Below are positions 10,137 through 19,110 of a stretch of 64,000 nt of DNA, in pieces. The translations under genes were made by a program, and so were the position numbers. Location: assembly GCA_021159885.1 (NCBI GenBank), contig JAGHDO010000091.1:318-64317 (forward strand), in the 5' to 3' direction. The DNA is from Synergistota bacterium (GTDB lineage Bacteria; Synergistota; GBS-1). The notes beneath the pieces were generated by a model, which had not been told where the DNA came from, did not search any database, and worked only from the letters and a program-made list of their open reading frames with translations. The stretch's first letter is position 1; each line of letters starts with the position of its first letter.

Positions 10137-10743
10137 GGATCTTAAGGTTTCCGGGTTTTTGAGTGAGCTTTCTTCATCTTCGCCGGCTCCCGGGGGAGGA
10201 AGTGCAGCAGCATTAATGGGCGCTATAGGTGCATCTCTCGTTTCTATGGTTTGTAATCTTACGTTAGGAAAAAGGGGCTATGAAGGTGTCCAGGATGAAG
10301 TAAAGACGATATTGGATGAGGCTAATAGGCTAAGAGAAGAGCTTCTGAAAAAGGTGGATGAAGATACAGATGCCTTTAACACCTTTATGTTAGCTTTAAA
10401 GCTTCCTAAGGGGAGCAAAGAGCGAAAGAACGCTATGCAAGAAGCTCTTAGAAACGCCACGCTTTTGCCTCTCTCAGTCATGGAGCTTTCCATGAGAGTT
10501 CTTGAACTTGCTTGCAACCTAATCGATAAGGGAAATAAAAATGCTATAAGTGATGTGGGAGTTTCAGCCATATCAGCCTACGGTTCAATGGAGTCTGCCT
10601 ATCTTAATGTTCTTATAAACTGTGCTTCCATAAGCGACTCCGATTTTGTTAGCTCAACTAAGGAAAAGGCAGTAACTTTGCTTAAAAAGGGAAAAGAGCT
10701 TTATCATGATGTGAGGGAAAAGGTGGAGAGAGGGCTCAATTAA
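10126..10743 (+). CDS. Formimidoyltetrahydrofolate cyclodeaminase (FtcD C-terminal-domain type)
   Basis: Hallmark SSSPAPGGGSAAALMGAIGASL near the N-terminus; 205-aa helical protein. Confidence 0.85.
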   Translation: MLLKDLKVSGFLSELSSSSPAPGGGSAAALMGAIGASLVSMVCNLTLGKRGYEGVQDEVKTILDEANRLREELLKKVDEDTDAFNTFMLALKLPKGSKERKNAMQEALRNATLLPLSVMELSMRVLELACNLIDKGNKNAISDVGVSAISAYGSMESAYLNVLINCASISDSDFVSSTKEKAVTLLKKGKELYHDVREKVERGLN

Positions 10744-10757
10744 ACGAGCTCTCTCTC
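10726..10757. terminator. Hairpin spanning the stop codons of two convergent genes
   Basis: GAGAGAGGGCTC (10726-10737) pairs with GAGCTCTCTCTC (10746-10757): 12 bp with one G-U and an 8-nt loop. A T5 run lies a few nt downstream on the plus strand. Both arms are coding. Confidence 0.35.
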
Positions 10758-11859
10758 CACTATGACTTTTTCCTTTATCTTAATTCCTCTTTTTCGCAAC
10801 TCCCACATAATTTTTGAGTAAAGCCCTTCATCCATACCAAGCTTTTCGGGAGGGATAACTCCCTCATTAGTTATTTCCCCTTCCGCTATAAGTCTTGCTA
10901 CTATGGCGCAGGGAAAAGCGGTTGTCCTTGCCATAGAATGAATTTTACTTTTTTCGTCAAATCTATCGAAAAGCTCCCACTCGAGGGTTATTCTTTCTTC
11001 CTCTTTTCCCGTTCCCTCAACCTTTACCCACATTATGGTTATATCTCTATCTCCTTCTTCAGGTTTCATCTCCCATAAGGGAAAGAGCAATTTAGCCGTT
11101 AGATCTCTGTATTCGTCGCTTAACAGTTTCATTTCTCTTAGGGCTTTTATTATCATGGCGTGTCCGGGATATCTCAATGTTTTTTCTTCCATATTTTCTG
11201 CTCTGATCGTTTTAAGCAAGGACCTTAAACCATCCGTGTAGAATGCTTCAAGAAGTCCAACGTTCGGGAATTCAAAAATATTCTAATCCGCTTAAGGCTT
11301 CTTCTTCTATGAGCTTTCCATCTCGGATATACCGTGCGGGCCTTGTATATTCCTCTAAGACGTCATAAGGAGAGAAAACAGCTTTGTAGTTAAATGGGGG
11401 AACGGGGTTTTCTGGCAAGCCACCTACATATATCTTAACCTCACTTATTTTTTCCAAAAGATGTGCTCCTCTTCCAACCAAGAGATTTGATATCCCTGGT
11501 GCGACTCCCATATCGAATACTGCAGTGGTTTTCTTTTCCTTAGCGATCTCATCGAGCTTTAAGAAGTCCTCAGGCATAAAAGAAATATCACAGTATTTTT
11601 TCCCCAAGGATAGTACATTTTTAGCTACTTCATATCCTATGCTTCCTGGAAGAGCTCCACAGATGATATCAGCGTCCTTTACGAGTTCGCTTAAGAGCGA
11701 GATATCGAGAGCAGATCCCCTTATTCTTTCTATCCCTTGGTTAAGCTTAGAGAGATTTTCTTCATTTGTGTCCAGAACCTTTACCTTATATTCCTTAGAT
11801 AGGTCTTCTGCGATGGTTTTTCCCACGAGACCGCATCCAAGGACCAACGCCTTTTTCAA
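10740..11859 (-). pseudogene. Saccharopine dehydrogenase-family (NAD-binding, LysDH/carboxynorspermidine DH-like) gene broken by a 1-nt frameshift
   Basis: ORF 11272..11859 carries the Rossmann N-terminus MKKALVLGCGLVGKTIA and ends ...GLEYF*. ORF 10740..11219 carries the C-terminal domain (TLRYPGH...). Removing one base of the A5 run at 11274-11278 (T5 on the coding strand) reads through as EYFEFPNVGLLEAFYTDGLRSLLKTIR..., which restores a family motif. Confidence 0.8.
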
Positions 11860-11924
11860 GATGGTTCCCTCCTTTGCCCTATTGGATACTAAGATACTAC
11901 CTCAACTTCTTTCTTACTGCAATA

Positions 11925-11933
11925 TGTTATAAT
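11925..11933 (+). promoter_or_regulatory. Extended -10 promoter element (TGTTATAAT) upstream of the M20 amidohydrolase gene
   Basis: TGnTATAAT sits 34 nt upstream of ATG 11967 in a 98-nt divergent intergenic region. The same ATATGTTATAAT string recurs at 24968-24979. Confidence 0.45.
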
Positions 11934-11966
11934 TGGTTGAGGAATTAAACTGAGGAGGTGTTAGGT

Positions 11967-13163
11967 ATGCGCGATAGGATAAGAGGGCTGGCGGAAAAGT
12001 ATAAGAGTGAGCTTATAGAACTGAGGCATCACTTTCATGCCCATCCTGAACCCTCTTTTGAGGAATATGAAACCACTAAGTATATAGCAGCGAAGCTTAA
12101 GGAATACGGAGTTGACGAGATTAAAGTGGGATGTGGAGGAAAGGATGTAGGTGTTATAGCTACCATAAAAGGGAAGGCAGGAAAGCCTATGATAGCTCTC
12201 AGAGCTGATATAGATGCTTTGAGAATGAAGGAGGAAAATGAGGATCTACCATATCGTTCTCGCAATGAGGGGGTTATGCATGCCTGTGGACATGATGCTC
12301 ATACTGCCATTCTTCTTATAACGGCAAAGCTTTTGAATGAGCTTAAAGGAGAGTTACCGGGTAGTGTTAGGTTGATTTTTCAGCCCGCGGAGGAAATTGG
12401 TAGCGGTGCGGAGGCGATAATAAAAGCTGGTGGTCTTGAGGGAGTTGAAGCAGTAGCAGGCTTGCATGTTTGGTCTTATTTTCCATCTGGAACGCTTGGT
12501 TTTAGAAAAGGGCCATTCTTCGCGGCAGTTGATGAAATAGAGATAAAGGTCAAAGGTAAGGGAGGACATGGTGCAGCTCCTCAGTTTGCTGTTGATCCGG
12601 TGGTTATGGCTTCGAATATCGTGCTTGCCCTTCAGACGATAGTCTCAAGGGAAGTGGATCCTCTGGATTCGGCAGTGATAACCGTAGGGAAGATAGAGGG
12701 AGGAACTGCTTTTAACATAATACCAGAAGAAGCCCTTTTGGTCGGCACGGTTAGGACTTTTATTCCGGAAACGAGAGAAAAGGTTATCTCAAGGATAGAA
12801 GAGCTTTCGAAAGGTATAGCGAAAGCAATGAGAGGAGACGCTGAATTTGTGGACAATTATAGCACTCCAGCTTTGATAAATGACCCGAAGTTCACAGAGT
12901 TTGCCATAAATCTGGCAAAGGATCTTTTTGGAGAGAGTTGTATTATCTCTGAGGCGGAGAGAAATATGGGAGGGGAAGATTTTGCCCTTTATCTCGAGAA
13001 GGTTCCAGGAACCTTCTTCCTTCTGGGAACCGGTAATAAGGATAAGGGTACAGATCGTCCGCATCATAATCCCTTCTTTAACGTCGATGATGAGGTTCTT
13101 CCAATCGGGGTTGAGCTTCTTGCAAATATCGCTTATGAGTTTTTAAGGGGAGGATATGAATGA
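11967..13163 (+). CDS. M20D-family amidohydrolase (N-acyl-amino acid / hippurate hydrolase-like)
   Basis: Metal-binding motif MHACGHDAH and an M20 dimerisation-domain pattern. ATG 11967 is preceded by GAGGAGGTG; the ORF-track start at 11958 falls inside that SD. Confidence 0.85.
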   Translation: MRDRIRGLAEKYKSELIELRHHFHAHPEPSFEEYETTKYIAAKLKEYGVDEIKVGCGGKDVGVIATIKGKAGKPMIALRADIDALRMKEENEDLPYRSRNEGVMHACGHDAHTAILLITAKLLNELKGELPGSVRLIFQPAEEIGSGAEAIIKAGGLEGVEAVAGLHVWSYFPSGTLGFRKGPFFAAVDEIEIKVKGKGGHGAAPQFAVDPVVMASNIVLALQTIVSREVDPLDSAVITVGKIEGGTAFNIIPEEALLVGTVRTFIPETREKVISRIEELSKGIAKAMRGDAEFVDNYSTPALINDPKFTEFAINLAKDLFGESCIISEAERNMGGEDFALYLEKVPGTFFLLGTGNKDKGTDRPHHNPFFNVDDEVLPIGVELLANIAYEFLRGGYE

Positions 13164-13645
13164 AGTTTCTGTTTGCCCCCTGGAGGATAGAATATATCCT
13201 TGCTCCAAAAGCTGAAGGTTGCTTTCTATGTGAGCTTCCAAAGCAGGATAGGGATGAGGAAAACTTGATACTTTATAGGGGGAAAACCTGTTTTGTCATA
13301 ATGAACAATTATCCTTACAACCCGGGGCACCTGATGGTGGCACCATACAGGCACTTAGGAGATTTTGAAAAGCTTTCAAAGGAGGAGAGCTTGGAGCTCA
13401 TGCTTATAGCTCAAAAGATGCTTTCTCTTCTTAAAGAGACCATGAGCCCAGATGGCTTTAATCTTGGCTTTAATCTTGGAAAGATAGCGGGAGCGGGAGT
13501 TGAAGATCATCTGCACCTTCACATAGTTCCACGCTGGAATGGGGATACGAACTTCATGCCGGTTCTTTCAGACACGAAAGTAATACCTCAGGCGTTGAAG
13601 GACACATATCAAGCGCTAAGAGAAAAACTTTTATCTTGTCCCTAA
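13160..13645 (+). CDS. HIT-family nucleotide hydrolase/transferase
   Basis: Histidine triad HLHLHIVPRW and the N-terminal FAPWRIEYI motif. Its start forms an ATGA overlap with the upstream gene. Confidence 0.85.
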   Translation: MKFLFAPWRIEYILAPKAEGCFLCELPKQDRDEENLILYRGKTCFVIMNNYPYNPGHLMVAPYRHLGDFEKLSKEESLELMLIAQKMLSLLKETMSPDGFNLGFNLGKIAGAGVEDHLHLHIVPRWNGDTNFMPVLSDTKVIPQALKDTYQALREKLLSCP

Positions 13646-13664
13646 TAGGAAGCTATGTTAGAAT
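13636..13664 (+). promoter_or_regulatory. Promoter candidate for yajC
   Basis: TTGTCC (13636-13641), 17-nt spacer, TAGAAT (13659-13664) with a TG extension (TGTTAGAAT). Confidence 0.45.
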
Positions 13665-13702
13665 AGAGGGCGTGAATTTTTGAAAAAAGGAGGTTTTTAA
13701 AT

Positions 13703-14017
13703 ATGCAGCAGCAGCCGAGTTTGTTAAGCGGTTTGGTTCCATTAATACTTATTTTCGTGATATTCTACTTTCTCTTTCTATGGCCTCAGAAAAGGCAGAG
13801 GGAAAGACATAGAAGGATGATAGAGAGCTTAAGAAGAGGTGATAGGATAGTTACAGTTGGAGGCATATTTGGCGTAATAAGGGATATAAAGGACGATAGC
13901 TTTATAATCGAGGTTGATAGGCTTGATAACGATAAGCCAGTTAAGGTACGCATAACTAAAAATGCCGTTGCTGCTAAGAGAGAGGGGGCGGAAGTAACAA
14001 ACGAGACTAAGGAGTAA
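13703..14017 (+). CDS. yajC: Preprotein translocase subunit YajC
   Basis: 104 aa with a single N-terminal TM helix followed by GDRIVTVGGIFGVI. Confidence 0.9.
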   Translation: MQQQPSLLSGLVPLILIFVIFYFLFLWPQKRQRERHRRMIESLRRGDRIVTVGGIFGVIRDIKDDSFIIEVDRLDNDKPVKVRITKNAVAAKREGAEVTNETKE

Positions 14018-14126
14018 AGAGGATTTACGCAGGATAATAGGAAGAATAGATGGAAGAGGCTATAAGGCTTATACAGAGATAAAAGGGGTATATGATTTTG
14101 GGAAGTTTACTCTTTTTATAGATCAT

Positions 14127-15731
14127 GTGCAGGGGGATCCCTTTGCTTCACCTTCGCGGTTAAGAGTCAGAGTTTCGCAGAAGATATCGTCTTTTCCAAA
14201 GGAGCTTTTTCCCACGCGGGTTCGAAAGCTTGCTCTTGAGGACTTTTTAACGCGCATGTTTGCGAAGGCATCGAGGCGAGTAAGTGAGCGTCGGGGTTCA
14301 GGTAAAAGCGGGATGATAGCAATAGATACACCTGGGCAAGAAGTGCTTGAGAGGACATCAATGGTAGTTACGGAAAAATTTGTAGAAGCAAGATTTGTAG
14401 TCGGGCTTCCAGCGGCAGGGAGAAGAATTCTTGGAAGGGAAGCCATTGAGATGTTTTTCGATGAAATTCCATATATTGTTGAGGCTTCCCTTCTTTATTC
14501 ATCATGTGATCCTCGGGAAATCAAGCTTCACGTTGATGTTGTTGAAGATCAGGAGTTTCTGAGGGAAGAGCTTTTAAATAGGAATCTCATAGCTTTTGTC
14601 GCAAATGGATCTATCCTCCCCCGTGAAAGTGGAATCAGCGATAAGCCAATGTCTAAGGAAAAAGCCGTTCCTTTTACTTCTCCTCCTTCGCTTGAGATCG
14701 AGCTTGAGCTTCCCAACAGAGGCAGGATTAGGGGGATGGGGCTAAGGTCAGGCATCACTCTTATAGTGGGTGGAGGATATCATGGTAAAACCACGTTCTT
14801 AAAGGCGCTTGAACGATGTGTTTATCCTCATATTCCTGGAGATGGAAGAGAGTATGTGGTGTCGCTGAGGGAAACCGTTAAGATCAGGGCTGAGGATGGA
14901 AGGAGAGTCGAGGAGGTGGATATTTCCCCCTTTATTTCTTACTTACCCATGGGTAAGGATACGAGGAGCTTTTCGACTGATGACGCGAGTGGGAGTACAT
15001 CGCAGGCTGCTAATATAATGGAAGCCCTTGAAGTTGGAGCGAAGGTACTGCTGATCGATGAGGATACTTCAGCCACTAACTTTATGATAAGGGATGCGAG
15101 AATGCAGGAGCTTGTAGCCAAGGAGAAGGAGCCTATAACTCCGTTTATAGATAAGGTAAGAAGCCTTTATAAGGATTATGGAGTTTCAAGCGTTATAGTT
15201 TTGGGAGGAAGCGGGGATTATTTCGATGTTGCAGATTGCGTGATAATGATGGATGAGTATAGGCCGATTGACGTTACACACAAAGCTAAGGAGATAGCAC
15301 GGAGATTTAGGACTAATAGAAAAAGCGAAGGGGGGGAAAGCTTCGGTAATATCATTGAGAGGATACCAATTCCCTCCAGTATAAATCCTAAGAAAGGGAG
15401 TAAGGTAAAAGTTAGGGCGAAGGGGTTAAGGTATATCCAGTTTGGAAGAGAATCTATAGATCTCTCTTTCCTTGACCAGCTTGTCGATGAGAGTCAGACA
15501 AGGGCTATAGGAGATTTTCTTTATTACGGACTTGCTAAGGGATATATAAACGGGGAGAAAACCATAAAGGAGATTATAAACTTGATAGTGAAAGACATAA
15601 AGAAGAATGGACTTGATGTTCTTTCCCCCTTTAGAGGAGAGCATCCCGGTGAATATGCTATGCCGAGGGAATTCGAGATAGCAGGGGCACTAAATAGGTT
15701 AAGGACCTTAAGAGTTAGGCAAAGAAGGTGA
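14127..15731 (+). CDS. ABC_ATPase-family protein (predicted ATPase of the ABC class)
   Basis: IDHVQGDPFASPSRLRVRV motif, Walker A-like GGGYHGKTTFLKAL and Walker B-like KVLLIDEDTSATNF. Coordinates follow the first canonical start (GTG), but the conserved N-terminus clearly continues upstream to about 14019 (see findings). Confidence 0.75.
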   Translation: MQGDPFASPSRLRVRVSQKISSFPKELFPTRVRKLALEDFLTRMFAKASRRVSERRGSGKSGMIAIDTPGQEVLERTSMVVTEKFVEARFVVGLPAAGRRILGREAIEMFFDEIPYIVEASLLYSSCDPREIKLHVDVVEDQEFLREELLNRNLIAFVANGSILPRESGISDKPMSKEKAVPFTSPPSLEIELELPNRGRIRGMGLRSGITLIVGGGYHGKTTFLKALERCVYPHIPGDGREYVVSLRETVKIRAEDGRRVEEVDISPFISYLPMGKDTRSFSTDDASGSTSQAANIMEALEVGAKVLLIDEDTSATNFMIRDARMQELVAKEKEPITPFIDKVRSLYKDYGVSSVIVLGGSGDYFDVADCVIMMDEYRPIDVTHKAKEIARRFRTNRKSEGGESFGNIIERIPIPSSINPKKGSKVKVRAKGLRYIQFGRESIDLSFLDQLVDESQTRAIGDFLYYGLAKGYINGEKTIKEIINLIVKDIKKNGLDVLSPFRGEHPGEYAMPREFEIAGALNRLRTLRVRQRR

Positions 15732-15735
15732 TATC

Positions 15736-16404
15736 TTGTCGGAGGTTATAGATCTCGAGCAGGTTCAAAAAAATCCAAAGGTGAGAGCTTACATTCAAGC
15801 GGCGGATGATTTCCTCGCGGCACTTGGGTATACAGAGCATAGCTTTAGGCACGCAGGTTTTGTTGCCAAAGTTACGAGGAATATACTCCTTAAGCTTGGC
15901 TATCCTAAGAGAATGGCGGAACTCGCCGCTATAGCTGGTTATCTTCACGATATAGGTAATATATGCGGGAGGGATAGGCATGGTCCAGCGGGGGCTTTGA
16001 TAGCGTTTAAGCTTCTTGAGGATATGGGAATGGCCCCGAGCGAAATAGGAAAGATAATGATAGCTATAAGCAATCATGAGGAAGAAAAGGGGATACCGAT
16101 GGATCCTATAACTGCAGCGCTCATACTTGCTGATAAATCTGATGTTCATTGTAGCAGGGTTAGGAATCCGGATATAATAAGCTTTGATATTCACGATAGG
16201 GTGAACTATGCTGTTCGGAGATCCTTTCTGAATATTGACAAGGAGAACAAGATTATCACGCTTGAGATCGAAATAGATACGAGAATATCGCAGGTTATGG
16301 AGTATTTTGAGATCTTTCTCTCTCGAATGCTGATTTCGCGTAAGTCGGCTCATATCTTAGGCTGTGATTTTGGGCTTAAGATAAATGGTGTTAAGTTTCT
16401 CTAA
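15736..16404 (+). CDS. HD-domain phosphohydrolase
   Basis: H...HD motif (FRHAGF...YLHDIGN); 222 aa. Confidence 0.7.
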   Translation: MSEVIDLEQVQKNPKVRAYIQAADDFLAALGYTEHSFRHAGFVAKVTRNILLKLGYPKRMAELAAIAGYLHDIGNICGRDRHGPAGALIAFKLLEDMGMAPSEIGKIMIAISNHEEEKGIPMDPITAALILADKSDVHCSRVRNPDIISFDIHDRVNYAVRRSFLNIDKENKIITLEIEIDTRISQVMEYFEIFLSRMLISRKSAHILGCDFGLKINGVKFL

Positions 16405-16410
16405 AAGGGG

Positions 16411-17835
16411 GTGTCAGCTTTGAAGCGAAGGGACCTTATTCGGTTGGCTATCATAGCCGGCATTATCGTCGCCGCTATAGCTTATCTTTTCCCAATAGAG
16501 GGGAAGATAAGACTGGGGCTCGATCTTAAGGGTGGGTCCCATATAATTCTTCAATGCGTTCCGACCCCGAACGCGCCTGTGACGGAGGACTCCGTTAACA
16601 GGGTCCTGGAGATACTTAGAAACAGAATAGACCAGTTTGGTGTTACTGAGCCCGTGATTCAAAGGGCAGGAACCAATAGAATTCTGGTTCAGCTTCCGGG
16701 GGTTAAGGATCCCCAAGCAGCTATGGAACTTCTGGGGAAAACTGCGCTTCTTGAGTTTAGGGAGGTTGTTAATGTAGGTCCAGAAAAGCCTTTGAAACCC
16801 CAGAGAAAGAACTACTCCTCAGAGAATGAGTATGAAGAAGCGCTTAAGAATTATAAAGAGGCGATGAAGGAGTATGAAGATACTATCAAAAAGTTTAAGG
16901 AGAGAACTAAAAAGGAAAGGGAGCTATCTGTTAACTTCAATAGAGAAACCGGCAGAGTATATCTACTTGGTAAAACATGGTTAACTGGTAAATATCTTAA
17001 GAATGCTCGTACGACTTTTGATAGGTTTGGCACACCTGCCGTTAGTCTTGAGTTTAATAGCGAGGGAGCTAAGCTTTTTGAGGAGGCTACGAGAAAGAAT
17101 GTTGGGCGTCAGCTCGCAATCGTTCTCGATGGTAATGTAATTTCTGCACCTGTGGTTCAAGAGGTAATTTCAGGTGGTAAAGCTCAGATAACGGGTGATT
17201 TTACGCTCAGGGAGGCGCAAAAGCTCGCTATACTTTTGAGAGCAGGTGCGCTACCTGTTAAAGTTGAAGTTATAGAGAACAGAACTATAGGACCAACATT
17301 AGGACAGGACTCTATCAGGAAAGGAATAAAAGCAGGTTTATTCGGTGGGGCGTTGGTGTTCATCTTCATGCTCATCTATTATGGTTTGATGGGACTCGTT
17401 GCAGATCTCGCTCTTGCAGTGAACATTCTTCTTATCTTTGCTGCTTTAGCTGGGCTTGAAGCGACGCTCACTCTCCCGGGCATAGCGGGGATAGTTCTTA
17501 ACATAGGGATGGCTGTTGATGGCAACATACTTATCTTTGAAAGGATAAAGGAAGAGTTAAGAGAAGGAAAGACAATGCGAGCTTCCATAGATGCTGGTTT
17601 TAGGAAAGCCTTTAGAACTATATTCGATGCGAATGTTACAACCCTGATAGCGGCTGCAGTGCTTTTCTACTTTGGCAGTGGGCCGATAAAGGGATTTGCG
17701 GTTACCCTAAGCCTTGGTGTAATAATAAGTATGTTCACTGCTATAGTCGTTACGAGGAGCATCTTAGATGTTCTCGTTTCGATGAAGGTTAAGGCGCTTA
17801 GAGTGCTTATGGTTCCAAAGGTAAAGGAGGGATAG
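16411..17835 (+). CDS. secD: Protein translocase subunit SecD
   Basis: N-terminal TM helix, periplasmic-type domain (LGLDLKGG, GVTEPVIQR) and a C-terminal six-TM bundle. Confidence 0.95.
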   Translation: MSALKRRDLIRLAIIAGIIVAAIAYLFPIEGKIRLGLDLKGGSHIILQCVPTPNAPVTEDSVNRVLEILRNRIDQFGVTEPVIQRAGTNRILVQLPGVKDPQAAMELLGKTALLEFREVVNVGPEKPLKPQRKNYSSENEYEEALKNYKEAMKEYEDTIKKFKERTKKERELSVNFNRETGRVYLLGKTWLTGKYLKNARTTFDRFGTPAVSLEFNSEGAKLFEEATRKNVGRQLAIVLDGNVISAPVVQEVISGGKAQITGDFTLREAQKLAILLRAGALPVKVEVIENRTIGPTLGQDSIRKGIKAGLFGGALVFIFMLIYYGLMGLVADLALAVNILLIFAALAGLEATLTLPGIAGIVLNIGMAVDGNILIFERIKEELREGKTMRASIDAGFRKAFRTIFDANVTTLIAAAVLFYFGSGPIKGFAVTLSLGVIISMFTAIVVTRSILDVLVSMKVKALRVLMVPKVKEG

Positions 17836-17839
17836 AGCT

Positions 17840-18754
17840 ATGATGTTTTTAAGGAATGTGCCTAAAATAAACTTTATGGATAGAAGGAAAATAGCCTTTA
17901 TGATTTCCGGTGCATTGGTTTTGCTGAGTTTAGTATTGCTTTCGGTAAGGGGATTGAACTTAGGTATAGATTTTAAGGGAGGAACGGTTTTTCAGTTCAC
18001 TCTTGCCCAAAATGCCCATGTTTCAGATGTGAGAGCGGTTTTGTCTCAGTTCGGTCTTGGAAACAGCGTGATTCAGAAGGCAAGCGATGGTAGTTTCGTT
18101 GTTAAGGCGAAGTCTCTTGGAAGAGAAACCCAGCTTAAGATCTTCAATGCTTTGAAAAAGAGATTTGGGGAAATAAATATTCTGAGAATAGAGAGCGTTG
18201 GTCCGGTAATAGGTAAGGAGCTTCGTAGGCAGGCTTTTATTGCTCTCGTGCTTGCTCTTGGAGGAATTCTTCTATATATCACGATGAGATTCAAGTTTGA
18301 CTTTGCGGTTGTTTCTGTGCTGGCTCTTATTCACGATAGCACCATTGTTCTTGGCGCTTATTCGCTTCTTTGGAAGGAAATAAATCTCCCATTTATAGCT
18401 GCGATTTTGACGATAGTAGGTTATTCTCTTAACGATACGATAGTGGTTTTAGACAGAGTCAGAGAGAACTTGAGAGCTGCTTCAAGAAGGTTCGATTATA
18501 AAACATTGATTAACATGAGTATAAATCAGACTCTCTCGAGGACTATAAATACATCTTTGACTACTCTTTTGCCAGTGCTAACGCTTTACCTTTTTGGAGG
18601 AGAGGTTCTTTCAAACTTTGCTTTAGCTCTCTTATTAGGTATAATAGTAGGGACATATTCTTCCATATATGTTGCGGGGGCTCTTCTCGTGGAGTGGAAT
18701 CTTAGAAGGAAGACAAAGGGGAGATCGCCCGCTTTGAGAACCACGCGGGCTTGA
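17840..18754 (+). CDS. secF: Protein translocase subunit SecF
   Basis: LGIDFKGGT motif and a C-terminal TM bundle (YSLNDTIVVLDRVREN). Directly follows secD. Confidence 0.95.
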   Translation: MMFLRNVPKINFMDRRKIAFMISGALVLLSLVLLSVRGLNLGIDFKGGTVFQFTLAQNAHVSDVRAVLSQFGLGNSVIQKASDGSFVVKAKSLGRETQLKIFNALKKRFGEINILRIESVGPVIGKELRRQAFIALVLALGGILLYITMRFKFDFAVVSVLALIHDSTIVLGAYSLLWKEINLPFIAAILTIVGYSLNDTIVVLDRVRENLRAASRRFDYKTLINMSINQTLSRTINTSLTTLLPVLTLYLFGGEVLSNFALALLLGIIVGTYSSIYVAGALLVEWNLRRKTKGRSPALRTTRA

Positions 18755-18774
18755 AAATAAGGAGGTGAAGCAAG

Positions 18775-19110
18775 GTGTTTGAGGTGGTAAGGAAGCTTCT
18801 TTTAAGCGGTTTGGGTATACTGGCTTTCACGAGGGAGCAGTTGGAGTCCCTGATAAGGGATTTGGTATCGAAAGGGGAGCTAAGAGAGGAGGAAGGTAAA
18901 AAGCTGATCGAAGAGTTTGTGAGAAGAATGGAGCTGAGGAAAGAGGAAATGTATGAGAAAATAAGGCAGGAAATAATAAAGTTCCTGGATATCATAGATA
19001 TAGCTCGAAGAAGCGAGCTTGAGGAGACGAGAAAAAAAGTCAAGGCTCTTGAGACTCGTCTTGAGCTTCTTGAGGAAATGGTAAGGGATCTCAAAAGGGG
19101 TGAGTCGTAA
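18775..19110 (+). CDS. Phasin-like coiled-coil protein (COG3937-like, polyhydroxyalkanoate synthesis regulator/phasin family)
   Basis: 111-aa all-helical protein. N-terminal LLSGLGILAFTREQLESLIRDLVSKGEL resembles this family. Its stop overlaps the next start (TAATG at 19108-19112). Confidence 0.55.
   Translation: MFEVVRKLLLSGLGILAFTREQLESLIRDLVSKGELREEEGKKLIEEFVRRMELRKEEMYEKIRQEIIKFLDIIDIARRSELEETRKKVKALETRLELLEEMVRDLKRGES

Noticed and set aside
15715-16353. 212-aa minus-strand ORF
   Set aside because: It is entirely antisense to the HD-domain gene, whose HD motif and operon context are convincing. Its composition is typical of an AT-rich antisense frame (I/Y/R/N/K-rich).
18702-19094. 130-aa Ser-rich minus-strand ORF
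   Set aside because: It is the antisense frame of the E/K/R-rich phasin-like gene (GAA/AAG repeats read as TTC/CTT), so it is a compositional artefact.
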